Below are positions 10,012 to 19,841 of a stretch of 64,000 nucleotides of DNA, in pieces. Both the position numbers and the translations under genes were made by a program. The DNA lies in contig NW_005434536.1 of NCBI RefSeq assembly GCF_000315625.1, positions 90,383 through 154,382 on the forward strand, in the 5' to 3' direction. Numbering within the stretch: the first letter of the stretch is position 1; each line of letters starts with the position of its first letter. This stretch comes from Guillardia theta CCMP2712. Taxonomy: Eukaryota; Protista; Cryptophyta. The notes beneath the pieces were generated by a model. The model saw only the letters and a list, made by a program, of their open reading frames with translations, did not search any database and had not been told where the DNA came from.

Positions 10012-11250
10012 ATGTCGCTCTTCAGCCTGATCGTGAAGAGCATCGTCTTTGCAAGCTGCACACTCGTCTCGCTCTACTCCACCAACGAGAGGCACATCAC
10101 GCTGGACCAGCAGGTCACCAACTCGAGCGTCTGCGTGCTGCTGGGCTGCACCTATTTCCTGGCCATCAAGGTCGTCTCCCTCGTCATCGCCAGGATGACC
10201 AACCGCGACCGCGATCCCAACTACAACGAGGTGGAGCCGGCCGAGGACCGCGAGCTGGAGGAGGCGATCCGCGACCTCGAGCGGCAGGAGAACGAGGAGA
10301 CGGACCAGAACGAGGAGGAGACGAGAAGGAAGCATCAGGAGACCATGCGCAAGGCCCAGGAGTTCACACTCGACCTCGACGGCACAAGGGACAACGAGAG
10401 CACGGCGCGCTCCTTCCGCTCGTCCGTGGCGCTCCCGCTCCGTGCCAAGAAGGAAGAGACCATCACCGAGTTCCAGGAGATCATGGAGGTCTACCGCGTC
10501 GTCTACTTCATCGGGCTGAGCATCTTCGTCGCCTCATACACCGTGGACATGACCAACGGGCTCTCGGGCATGTCGCTCATCACGGGCATCATCATCACAC
10601 AGGTCCCGGAGACGATTTCCTTCATGCGGCACCGGAACCCCGAGCCCCACGTCGCCGTCAACCGCTGCTTCAGCCTCTTCTCCTTCATCTGCGTCGTCGC
10701 CGCCATCCTTGCCTTCGCCCTCAACGCCTGCGCCAACCACACCGCCCCGGACGACCTCGTCCTCTGCACCCGCATCGAGAACCCGAGGGTCGACGTCCTC
10801 TTCGGCATCGCCCTGCCCCTGGGCGCCACCCTCCCGGTCATCCAGGCGCAGCACACCCGCATGAACCGCGTGACGCTCTACAAGGCCGCCCCCTTCGCCT
10901 GCTGCATCGCCTGGGTCGTCTGGATGTTCGTCGGGGTGGACAAGATCAACAACATCACGGGAAACAGCCCCCGCGACATCATCCTCTTCCTCCTCAACCC
11001 CTTCGTCAAGGGCTGCGCCGTCATCACCCTCCTCTCCGGATGCATGCAGAACAGGCGCATCGAGACCGCCACCATCCTCGTCTTCATCCTCTTCTGCAAG
11101 GAGGTCCACCAGCACAGCCAGGACAGAGAGATGATGAAGTCACTCGTCGTCGGGCTCGCCTTCAGCTCCATCTCCCTCGCCGTCTGCATCATGAAGCACG
11201 TCCCCCTCGTCTCCGAGTCGCTCACCAGGATGGCGGCGTACAGGCTGTAG
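10012..11250 (+). CDS. multi-pass membrane protein
   Basis: 412-aa GC3-rich ORF with ~9-10 hydrophobic segments and a charged loop. Confidence 0.8.
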   Translation: MSLFSLIVKSIVFASCTLVSLYSTNERHITLDQQVTNSSVCVLLGCTYFLAIKVVSLVIARMTNRDRDPNYNEVEPAEDRELEEAIRDLERQENEETDQNEEETRRKHQETMRKAQEFTLDLDGTRDNESTARSFRSSVALPLRAKKEETITEFQEIMEVYRVVYFIGLSIFVASYTVDMTNGLSGMSLITGIIITQVPETISFMRHRNPEPHVAVNRCFSLFSFICVVAAILAFALNACANHTAPDDLVLCTRIENPRVDVLFGIALPLGATLPVIQAQHTRMNRVTLYKAAPFACCIAWVVWMFVGVDKINNITGNSPRDIILFLLNPFVKGCAVITLLSGCMQNRRIETATILVFILFCKEVHQHSQDREMMKSLVVGLAFSSISLAVCIMKHVPLVSESLTRMAAYRL

Positions 11251-11361
11251 GCAGGGTATGCGTAAGAATGAACAAGCACAAGTATTACACACGTTTTTTA
11301 CTCACAAAGACACAAACGAACTCCACTACAAGAAATTATCGCCGTGCAACAAACAAGGGGA

Positions 11362-12168
11362 TTAAACAGCCTCACTGGATGTAAAGACAAATTCCCCATC
11401 GACGATGTCGAAGTTGCACTCCTCATCGAATTCAGCGGCAACTTCTCCATCCACGATCTCAGTGTTGCACTGCTCACTGGGTGTAAAGACAATTTCTCCA
11501 TCGGCGATGTCGATGTTGCACTCTTCACCGGATCCATGAGACGCCGAACATTCCGGTGCAGCTGATGGTATCTTCCAAATAATACCATTTAGCATGCGGT
11601 TATACAGTTTCGATTCAAAGGCAATGGTCTTGGACAACAACACACTCAAAACAGACACAGGATCATTTCCATGTGTTGCATAATACTGCCTGAGCAACTG
11701 CATGCGATCTTCTCTGATACGAAAACCCGGACACATTCTGAGGCAGTCCTCAACGAAAACACATCTAAATTGAACACCGAGTAAATTCACATACTCATCG
11801 CCGGCGAGGTATCGATACACCACGCATTCGGTCAAATCCACGAAGCAGGAGTCGAGGTAATTACGATTGAAACACAGATACTTATTTTTCCGAAGTACAT
11901 CGATATCATATCTGGATATAAATCCTACATCTTTGAAGGAATCGTGCAATAAACCGAAGGTTGCGTCAATATTGCGATGTCCAAAGATTCTATGACGCTT
12001 CAGAGACTTGTAAGCCTCCGCGGTAAGAGCAATGTAATTACCCTTAGAGGTATCATTGGATTGACATCGTTGGAAATACACTCCAAGAATCATGATGCGT
12101 TTGTAGGTGTAGATAGAAGGTTCGTTCTCATCATGCACTTTTCGATTCACGAAATCAACGAATATCAT
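11362..12168 (-). CDS. hypothetical protein (two LGVxF domains; 3x18-aa tail repeat)
   Basis: AT-rich ORF with TATTTAAA upstream; paralogous to 12441..12917. Confidence 0.7.
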   Translation of the reverse strand: MIFVDFVNRKVHDENEPSIYTYKRIMILGVYFQRCQSNDTSKGNYIALTAEAYKSLKRHRIFGHRNIDATFGLLHDSFKDVGFISRYDIDVLRKNKYLCFNRNYLDSCFVDLTECVVYRYLAGDEYVNLLGVQFRCVFVEDCLRMCPGFRIREDRMQLLRQYYATHGNDPVSVLSVLLSKTIAFESKLYNRMLNGIIWKIPSAAPECSASHGSGEECNIDIADGEIVFTPSEQCNTEIVDGEVAAEFDEECNFDIVDGEFVFTSSEAV

Positions 12169-12440
12169 CGTGATGATTCATGGGTCGCTACCTCGTTTAA
12201 ATACGTATGTGAGAAGCATTGGGAATGGGGATCGAATGATGAAAGGATGATAAAGTCGCTCGTCAACGATAATATTCGGCATACAGGGTGTAAGTACAGG
12301 GTGTGTGATGGCGTACAGGGTGTGTGATGGCTGCGTACAGGGTGTAATATAATGGTTTAAAGTAAGGGTATAGTCTTAAATTATTGACGAACGCAGTTTA
12401 TTCTAAATATGAACGCACAAACACACTAGACACCGTCTAT

Positions 12441-12917
12441 CTAATCCATGTCGATGTCATCGATCGGACGGGAAAAGTAGTCAACCTCCTCCCCCTCGGA
12501 TTCACACTCCATACCCACAAAGATTTCGGGAGACGGGACCACATTGGCACTGTCAGCAGGAACAGCAGGCGTCGGATTGACTGCAGAAACGTTGACGATA
12601 ATCTTTCTCTCTCTCGTGTATCTCCCAACAATGTAGTTTTGTTCTTTCAAAATTTTTATCTGAATTTTGAATGCATCTAAACCCCATAAATTTGCATGTT
12701 TGATCTCATTGAAGCACCAATAAAGATTATCTACGTTCGAAACGACGTATCTTGTGAGTACCTTATAACATGATTTATCCAAGTAGATAATCCCATGTCC
12801 AGGTGGCGGGGCAAACATCTTATCTCTGCAGGAAAATTGCACTCCAAGGATGGTCGTGACATTGTATCTTGCTGAGTTATAAGCGATTCCATGACAGTAA
12901 TCAATACAGAACGACAT
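12441..12917 (-). CDS. hypothetical protein (one LGVQF domain)
   Basis: AT-rich ORF with TATTTAAG upstream; aligns by eye with 11362..12168. Confidence 0.7.
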   Translation of the reverse strand: MSFCIDYCHGIAYNSARYNVTTILGVQFSCRDKMFAPPPGHGIIYLDKSCYKVLTRYVVSNVDNLYWCFNEIKHANLWGLDAFKIQIKILKEQNYIVGRYTRERKIIVNVSAVNPTPAVPADSANVVPSPEIFVGMECESEGEEVDYFSRPIDDIDMD

Positions 12918-12973
12918 GACTCGTAACCATACTGCAATACGATTATCTTAAATACACAGTAGACGGAACGATA

Positions 12974-13708
12974 TTATTCGGCCTTACAAACTCTACCAAA
13001 GAATCGATCTATTGTGGCATTGCCCTTCGGCGGCTCGGCGACGGCCTTCTTCACTGCCTTCCTGGGTGCTGCCACAAGCCTCCTGGCGTGCGCCTCCCTT
13101 TCCTTGTCCAGGATATTCCGCATCCTCTCCCCGTTGTCTCTGAGCCGCTTTCTCCTCTCCGCCTCCTCCATCTCCCTGACGAAGGAGAACGCGGGGGAGA
13201 CGGGCCGCGGCAGGGGTGCGCAGACGGGGGTCTTGCCCGCCCTCACGATGCCGGCAGTAAACCTGGGGGCAACATGCGATTCTTCTTGCATCTCTCCCTT
13301 TTTCCTCCGCGAGGGAGGCGGCCGCTTCTCCCTGCAGGGCGACATTGCCCGGAGTCGCTCCTGGACCTCCTCCGCGGTAAGCTCCGGTGCCTCCGATCGA
13401 CTTGCACCCAACCCAAAGTCGAGCGGATACTGCCTCCCCAGCGCTTCCCTCCGTTCCCGGCTTTTACCCAGCATGCGGTGCAGCTCGCGCATGGCTTTGC
13501 TGCTTTCGTCGTCTTCGTCCTCCGCGGAAGCCTCCCCTGCATCCTCCTCTTCAGAGCTGCTGTCATGTTTCAATTCTCTGTATACCCCCAGGTCCACACT
13601 CCCACACTCGCCATCATCATCAATGAACCGCCTGTCCTCCGAATCCTCGCTCTCGCACCCCTCGCTCTCGTCGTCCTCCTCCGGCTCGCTCTCCAGGTAG
13701 TGGGACAT
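12974..13708 (-). CDS. acidic/disordered protein with C-terminal PIP-box-like motif
   Basis: Ends KGNATIDRFFGRVCKAE. Confidence 0.65.
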   Translation of the reverse strand: MSHYLESEPEEDDESEGCESEDSEDRRFIDDDGECGSVDLGVYRELKHDSSSEEEDAGEASAEDEDDESSKAMRELHRMLGKSRERREALGRQYPLDFGLGASRSEAPELTAEEVQERLRAMSPCREKRPPPSRRKKGEMQEESHVAPRFTAGIVRAGKTPVCAPLPRPVSPAFSFVREMEEAERRKRLRDNGERMRNILDKEREAHARRLVAAPRKAVKKAVAEPPKGNATIDRFFGRVCKAE

Positions 13709-13926
13709 GGCGGCAAGGTCGGGCGGACGGGCCGGTCTGCCAAAAAAAGGCGGGCCGGGTAAAAAAAGGCAAAAAAGGCGGGGGATTAAAAAAAATTACC
13801 CATGAACTCCAGCCCCAGAAATAGTTTTTTTTTAAGATAGGGGCCGTATTTCTTAGTTCGTGGAATTCCCCCTCTCACTTTGCCCACACCCACGCTCCCC
13901 TCCCACGCTCCCCCTTCCCGCGCACG

Positions 13927-14679
13927 ATGGACATCAACGATCTCCTCAACAAGCCTGTGACGATGAAGCTCACCAAGGACCACATCTTCACGATCAAGTC
14001 ATCGACCTTCCCCGACCTTCTCCCCGACATCTTCTTCCGGAAGGCGATCGAGGACGGCTCCTTTGCGTTGCTCCGCGAGAAGCAGCTCTTCATCAGCGAC
14101 GAGGGCTGCAGCATCCCCGTGGTCACCGTCAACGGCATAGAGTTTCATATCATAGAGTTTCACATCTTCGTCAAGGAGGACAAAGGCACCGAGCCCGAAC
14201 CACGAGAGTTCGAGGACAAGATTGCAAGCCTCGTCATATCCGCCATGCAGCAGCGCTGGGCGATGAAGGGCACGAGGCGGCAGTCAACGCTGGAGACCTA
14301 CAAGGCGCTCAGGATCATGAGCAACATCTTCAACTCCCTCTGCATCGACACCCCGCTGCAGTGCAAGATCGACAACCTCGCGAGGAGGAGGAGGATGATA
14401 ACCTCCCATACCGATAAGACGCTACTCACGCAGGATGGGAAGTACTACATGCGTTTTGTCGGGTCCAATGAGCGCGTCCTGGGCATCAAACTCAGGAGCC
14501 TGCGGGATGCCAAGAGGCGGTCGGAGGAGAAGCGCATCGCCAGGAGGCAGGGCGTGGAGATTCCAAAAAGGAGGAAAACCAATGACCCCGCCCCGCCCCT
14601 GCCCCCCGTCAGATTCGAGTCACCGGAGACGATGCAAGCGCCGGACACTTGGTTTCCGGTTGTTTGGAATTTGCAATAA
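13927..14679 (+). CDS. hypothetical protein
   Basis: 250-aa GC3-rich ORF with a basic NLS-like C-terminus (PKRRK). Confidence 0.75.
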   Translation: MDINDLLNKPVTMKLTKDHIFTIKSSTFPDLLPDIFFRKAIEDGSFALLREKQLFISDEGCSIPVVTVNGIEFHIIEFHIFVKEDKGTEPEPREFEDKIASLVISAMQQRWAMKGTRRQSTLETYKALRIMSNIFNSLCIDTPLQCKIDNLARRRRMITSHTDKTLLTQDGKYYMRFVGSNERVLGIKLRSLRDAKRRSEEKRIARRQGVEIPKRRKTNDPAPPLPPVRFESPETMQAPDTWFPVVWNLQ

Positions 14680-14802
14680 CAAGTAAAATGATCATATCTA
14701 CCGAAGTCATACCACCAGTCACCCACACCCGGCACGCGGCCGCATATAAACACGTGCGTCCACCCTCCCCAAAAACAAATAAAAAAAAAACTTTTTTTTT
14801 GA

Positions 14803-15138
14803 ATGGAGGGGGAAGGGAGTTCTATTTTAAGGATCCTGGGCCTCGCCACCTTCAATCTCGCCAACGACGGCGTGGCGCTGATCTTCTGGGTAACGGGATG
14901 GAAGCTTTTCACGATAGCGTTCGAGGCTGTGACGACAGGAGGGTACGTTGCGATCTTCCTCTCGGTGGTCCTGTATCGCCTGGTGGTGTACCTCTACCGG
15001 AACCACGTCCTGACGCGGAGTCCGTTCCCTGCACAACAACAGAATATCCCTGCAGTCCATCACGCGACACACCAAGTGACTCCCTTCGACGAATTCTCCA
15101 TGAGGAGGCTGGAATGGAGACCGATCTTGCAGAGGTAA
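14803..15138 (+). CDS. small membrane protein
   Basis: Two hydrophobic segments; follows CATATAAA and A/T tracts. Confidence 0.55.
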   Translation: MEGEGSSILRILGLATFNLANDGVALIFWVTGWKLFTIAFEAVTTGGYVAIFLSVVLYRLVVYLYRNHVLTRSPFPAQQQNIPAVHHATHQVTPFDEFSMRRLEWRPILQR

Positions 15139-15452
15139 CAGCACAGGGCCTGGCCCTCCACATCGGCATGGCTGAGGACTTCCTCACCGAATTCCTTCGC
15201 CTGAGGACGATGCCCATCACCATCGGCTGCGCCGCCAACATCGCCAACACGATCGACGCCTTCATGTACCACATCGAGATGGCCAAGGCTGTGCTCACAG
15301 ACCTCACCTACACGCGCGGCACTGCCCCAATGAAGGCCATCGTCGCGCGGTACGAAACTATTTTGTACAACCTTGAAAAGGAGATGCGCGAGCAGAGGCT
15401 GGATTACTTTCAGGAGATATGCGATAGGAGGGAAGAGAAAGAGAGGGATTGA
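15114..15452 (+). CDS. hypothetical helical protein
   Basis: GC3-rich 3' part of ORF 14649..15452, starting METDLAEV. Confidence 0.6.
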   Translation: METDLAEVTAQGLALHIGMAEDFLTEFLRLRTMPITIGCAANIANTIDAFMYHIEMAKAVLTDLTYTRGTAPMKAIVARYETILYNLEKEMREQRLDYFQEICDRREEKERD

Positions 15453-15507
15453 ACCGTGATTTATTGTGAATAAAGTAAGGTCGCACTATCCTATTCCTCC
15501 AGCCATC

Positions 15508-15888
15508 CTAGTACATCAGTCCGGTGCTGTTCAGGGCCGCGTCCAGCTCCACGATCTCCTCTGCCAAGACCTCGATCTCATTACGAGCCATTTCGAAAAC
15601 ATGAATGAAATCGGAGAGGAGGTCGATGATGACCCTGAGCTCGTTAGAGTCAGCCTGGTAGACACAGGGGAGATACTCCATGTAGTATTCCTTGGTCACT
15701 TGAATGAGCGCGTTGTTCATCTGTCCGATCTTCATACTGTTTGTATTGATGTGCTTGCGCATCTCGATACGGTAGCAGCCATACTCGGCCATGGAGGACA
15801 GAGGCTCTTCATACAACCTGCTGAGCTGAAGGATAGTCAGCTTGTTGGCGGACTTGCGTGCCTCGACGATGTGTGTAATGTTAACCAT
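15508..15888 (-). CDS. hypothetical protein
   Basis: ORF with TATTTAAG upstream at ~15924-15931. Confidence 0.7.
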   Translation of the reverse strand: MVNITHIVEARKSANKLTILQLSRLYEEPLSSMAEYGCYRIEMRKHINTNSMKIGQMNNALIQVTKEYYMEYLPCVYQADSNELRVIIDLLSDFIHVFEMARNEIEVLAEEIVELDAALNSTGLMY

Positions 15889-15932
15889 ATCTGTTACAAG
15901 ATGGCATCGCGGCCGGCAGGCCGCTTAAATAT

Positions 15933-16430
15933 TCACAGCTCGAACGCCACGCCCCAGTCCTTGAGGATCTCCGCGCTGGAGGGCACGGGGAAGGCATTGG
16001 ACTGATTTGAATGCGGGGCATCCCCGCCGTAGATCTTGCACCCCTGTCTGGCGCCCTTCCTGACGATGCTCACCTCGAGGACCTTCTTCTTTCCCGCGCG
16101 GAGGCGCTCCCCTTCCCCCCTTCCCGATTGGTTGATGTCCACGACATACCCGAGCGACAGCTCGCTGGCGGTCCTGTCTCGCACCCACTCCTGTGCGATG
16201 GCGCCCTCCACCTCGTCCGGGCTGAGCTCCATGACGCAGTTCAGGCGCCCCTCCCGGTCCTTGAAGGCGGAGACGACGCTCCCGATGCCCACCCCCTTGT
16301 GCTCGATCTTGACCGGCAGGCCGACCATCTCCCGCCCTGCGATGATCTCGTCGATCTCGCTATCCTTGAGGTGCAGCCCGTTGTAGCCCTCGCCCTCCCC
16401 CGTCGGGTTGGCGATGCCGCAGATGAGCAT
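15933..16430 (-). CDS. capsid maturation protease (assemblin/prohead protease fold)
   Basis: LPVKIEH (His), IGSVVSAF, ELSLGY (Ser) and EVSIVRKGARQGCKI (oxyanion loop, cf. herpes CxxGRRxG). Confidence 0.88.
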   Translation of the reverse strand: MLICGIANPTGEGEGYNGLHLKDSEIDEIIAGREMVGLPVKIEHKGVGIGSVVSAFKDREGRLNCVMELSPDEVEGAIAQEWVRDRTASELSLGYVVDINQSGRGEGERLRAGKKKVLEVSIVRKGARQGCKIYGGDAPHSNQSNAFPVPSSAEILKDWGVAFEL

Positions 16431-16673
16431 TTTGGAACGGGTAAGAACAACGATCGCTTTTATGCATCCCGGGAGTCATACGGAGCAACAAGTGCACAAC
16501 AAAAAAAACCGAGTGCATCCGTGGAGCGAGAGGGGGCATGGAGTAGCATATTTAAGGCCCCGGGAGGTTGACGTCCCGAGATGAAGGTGAAGGTTGCGGT
16601 AACAAGAACGGGAAGTATTGTTCGTGTTTGTACTTAGCACACATTATAATTAGGGATTACGGCTTAATAGCAC

Positions 16674-17555
16674 TTAAAACAGGCAGTGTGGGTTGACGTT
16701 CTCCTTGTCTTTAGCAATCGCTTTACTAATCTTGAATCGTTTGGACCCTTTCTTCTGAATCGGTATCGCAGGGGAGCTGGCAAAGCCGGAAGCGTCCACC
16801 TGCATGAAGCTCAGGTAGCTGCCCATCTCTGTCGGTGTCACCCCCGCGTTGCGCAGGTCTACCTCGAGCGACGGATCCTTCCTATCCAAGGGGCAGGTAT
16901 AGGGGGAGGAATAGACGTTGACCTTGCGCACAGAAGGATCCATCACACAGTCCAGGACCCTTAGGCTCTGCACCCCCAGGTCCCCAACGTAGGTCTTCAA
17001 GGCCGGGTAGGCGGAGTACACGGCCTGTCCCTTGGCCCTCACGAAACCGACGAAAAAGTCCCGAAACCACCCGCAGTCGCTGGAGGTCATCATCACGCTG
17101 AGCGCCACACTCACGGACGAGCCTCGCATGCAGCACCTAGCAAACACGTACACCTGGTGCCTGAGCCTGCCATGCAGGAACTCCACCATGTCGTTGAGCA
17201 GCGGGAGGAGCGCGACGTCCGGGGATTCGTTACCCCAGTCCCCGTGGGCATAGAGCCAAAGGCAGCGGATGTCCTCGCAGTAGACACGGATGGGCGGGGG
17301 GCACGGGAACCAGGCGTCCGGTGGGAGCGCGTCGCATAGCCGTGCGTAGACCCCACGCACCCAAGGCTGACTCTCCAACTTTGCCATCCCAAGGCCCCCG
17401 TCGACCATGTCGTCACCCAGGACCTCCAAAAGCCGCACGGGAAACTTGGGATGAAGGCCGTGGCACCCGCTCTTCACGCTCTCGACCTCACCCGGAGGCA
17501 CAAAGTAAGGCACCAGCGAGATCCTCTTCTGTGGCACGAGCGCGAGGAGCACCAT
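16674..17555 (-). CDS. hypothetical protein
   Basis: Coding-like part of ORF 16674..17903, starting MVLLALVPQK. Confidence 0.65.
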   Translation of the reverse strand: MVLLALVPQKRISLVPYFVPPGEVESVKSGCHGLHPKFPVRLLEVLGDDMVDGGLGMAKLESQPWVRGVYARLCDALPPDAWFPCPPPIRVYCEDIRCLWLYAHGDWGNESPDVALLPLLNDMVEFLHGRLRHQVYVFARCCMRGSSVSVALSVMMTSSDCGWFRDFFVGFVRAKGQAVYSAYPALKTYVGDLGVQSLRVLDCVMDPSVRKVNVYSSPYTCPLDRKDPSLEVDLRNAGVTPTEMGSYLSFMQVDASGFASSPAIPIQKKGSKRFKISKAIAKDKENVNPHCLF

Positions 17556-17577
17556 CGTCGCATCCACCCGCTCCGAC

Positions 17578-17949
17578 TCAAGGAAGAGGCGCACACACTC
17601 CTCCGGGGAGGTGAGTCGAAGCTTGAAAGGAGCCCCTCCGGTAGTTCCCGTGGAGCAAGAAGGCACGGTCAAGATCCCGGTAGCACTCCCTTCCAGCGAG
17701 GTGGGAAGCGGGCCTCCGCTGTCCAGCACCGTAGGCGTGGAGGATGATGAGGATTTGGAGGGCCTGGAGGGCGACGAGCAAGGCGAGCAGGATGCAGGCG
17801 AGGCCTTGGAGGAAGGAAACGGCGGGTCGTTGGACGACGTGGAAGGTTCGGTAGATGTTGAAGATGAAAACATTCTTCGAAGATCTCTGGTTTCTGGGAT
17901 CAAAACTTTTCTGCTGTTCCCTTTGCGTGTACAAGACAGTGGGTCCCAT
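17578..17949 (-). CDS. small single-pass membrane protein
   Basis: Hydrophobic LACILLALLVALQALQILIIL; TATAAAA upstream near 18010. Confidence 0.55.
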   Translation of the reverse strand: MGPTVLYTQREQQKSFDPRNQRSSKNVFIFNIYRTFHVVQRPAVSFLQGLACILLALLVALQALQILIILHAYGAGQRRPASHLAGRECYRDLDRAFLLHGNYRRGSFQASTHLPGGVCAPLP

Positions 17950-18145
17950 GCAATGGCGGCGGGAGGCGCGTGGGAGGGTGCGGAAATCCGCGGCCCGTCC
18001 CGCCTTTTATAAGCGGGGGATTTTTTAGTTGTTTTTTTTAGTTTTTTTTTAGTTTTCCTTTTTTATTTTTTTTCTATGAACGCTGCGCTGAAACTGGTTT
18101 TATATTTAAGAGTAATATCGATGCAACCTACACCTGAAAACAATC

Positions 18146-18457
18146 ATGTTTCAAAACATCATCCTTTCTGCTGAACAACGTACCGAGGCTGTCATTGCAC
18201 TGGACAAACTCATGGCCAGATGGAGCAATTTGTACGTCACACCGAGTTCAATTGTGTACGACTCGCAATACAACGAGCTTCCATGCTTTGTCCGGCAAAT
18301 CATTGAGGAGCGTTTTCCCCTCCCTACCGATGAGAGAGAAGTGCCAGAAGCTCACCGCCTTTACGTGCTCGAGAACCTTCGTCGCACACTCCGTGGCATC
18401 GATTACCTGTATGGAACCCATCAAAGCATCCTCAGAGGTACTTTCCACATGATCTAG
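18146..18457 (+). CDS. hypothetical protein
   Basis: TATTTAAG at ~18103 upstream of the ATG. Confidence 0.65.
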   Translation: MFQNIILSAEQRTEAVIALDKLMARWSNLYVTPSSIVYDSQYNELPCFVRQIIEERFPLPTDEREVPEAHRLYVLENLRRTLRGIDYLYGTHQSILRGTFHMI

Positions 18458-18509
18458 ACGTTAGCACTCGCACGCGTAGTCAGAATGATTAAACTTCATT
18501 CCTAACTCT

Positions 18510-18818
18510 TTATTTTTTTTCATACGCTTTTACTTTTTTTTCTATGAACAATGCGCTCGCATCATCCCCCAGGCTCCTCTTCCTGTCCAATCTCTCCCTC
18601 ACACTGATAAGATCCATGATCTGCCTCTGCAACCCCGCCGCCTCATCGATGCACATCCAGTAGAAGTCCCGCAGGATCTCCGACTTCATGTCGAGCTGCT
18701 GCTCCATTCCCAGGAAGGTGCAGATATTGTGGGCGCGGTGCAGGATATTCTGCATCTTCAACTCCAGGGATGCGATCCTGCCGTACAGATCGGAAGTGTC
18801 TCCCATTGTACCCTCCAT
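18510..18818 (-). CDS. hypothetical coiled-coil protein
   Basis: 102-aa ORF with coding-like composition. Confidence 0.6.
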   Translation of the reverse strand: MEGTMGDTSDLYGRIASLELKMQNILHRAHNICTFLGMEQQLDMKSEILRDFYWMCIDEAAGLQRQIMDLISVRERLDRKRSLGDDASALFIEKKVKAYEKK

Positions 18819-18941
18819 CTTGATTGTATACCAACCACGGCTCTGCCGATGTGACTGTACGAAGGCAATCCCTCTCTCTTTTTAACCAAAAAAAAAGGTA
18901 GTTATACCCAGTCCATCCCATGGCAGGCAGCGAAGGAGAGC

Positions 18942-19436
18942 ATGCTGGAGGCGATGGAGACGGACTGGCCGCAGCTTCACCCCATGCACATGACGCTCTC
19001 GGAGAGGATCATGCAGGAACAGGAGAGCAAGTCCTGGGTGGGGGTTGTAGGCAGATCAAACCTGCACACCGTCTTTGTTATTCATTCCAGAGGAGAGGGG
19101 CTGACGCTCAAAACGATGGGGGAGGCACTTGAAATCCTCCATGATACAGCCCCGGGGGTTCAGCTCCCCCACCGCCACCACGGGCTGTTCGAATGGGAGG
19201 GGCAGGACAAAAGCAACATCGTCCTCCAGAGCGACCAGCTCGACCTCCCCTACATCTTCGACAACAAGCCGCTCGACAGCTACGAGCAGCAGCAGATCGC
19301 CGTCCTCCCCGCCGCCGACCTCGTCGTCACCGCCAAGGAGAACCACCTCCCGGACTCCGAGCACCGCATAGTACGCTCCATCGTCGAGGCGCTCAGGGCG
19401 TGCGGGGTGCAGGTGTCTGCCCCGGGATTTCTTTAG
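18942..19436 (+). CDS. hypothetical protein
   Basis: GC3-rich 164-aa ORF. Confidence 0.7.
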   Translation: MLEAMETDWPQLHPMHMTLSERIMQEQESKSWVGVVGRSNLHTVFVIHSRGEGLTLKTMGEALEILHDTAPGVQLPHRHHGLFEWEGQDKSNIVLQSDQLDLPYIFDNKPLDSYEQQQIAVLPAADLVVTAKENHLPDSEHRIVRSIVEALRACGVQVSAPGFL

Positions 19437-19502
19437 TCTTCTTATTTTTTTTCTGCAATGTATTTAAATGAAGCCGGTCACCAGGGAAGCATCTCTTCAG
19501 AT

Positions 19503-19760
19503 ATGTTCCAGACTTATCTCAAGGCACACGAGCATGCAGAGGCCATCAGGCAGCAGCTTGACACGCTCCAGGACGAACGGATCGAGCTGCGTTCCGCCAT
19601 CCAATCTCACAAGAAGGCCCTGAAAAAGGCCAAGAAGGAAGAAACCAAGGCGGCACGCAGGGCGAAGATCGCCGACCTCGACAAGGAGTACAAGAAGGTC
19701 GGCAAGAAGGAGATCGACATGAGGAGGGACTACTTGGATGCGCTGAAGAAGCTGCGCTAG
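19503..19760 (+). CDS. small basic coiled-coil protein
   Basis: TATTTAAA at 19461; Lys/Glu-rich ORF. Confidence 0.7.
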   Translation: MFQTYLKAHEHAEAIRQQLDTLQDERIELRSAIQSHKKALKKAKKEETKAARRAKIADLDKEYKKVGKKEIDMRRDYLDALKKLR

Positions 19761-19841
19761 ACAAAGCAACCCTCCATAGCTAGCACGCACGCGTAGTAAG
19801 CTTCATTAAACGTAAGAAGAATAACTTCCCTACAATTCCAT

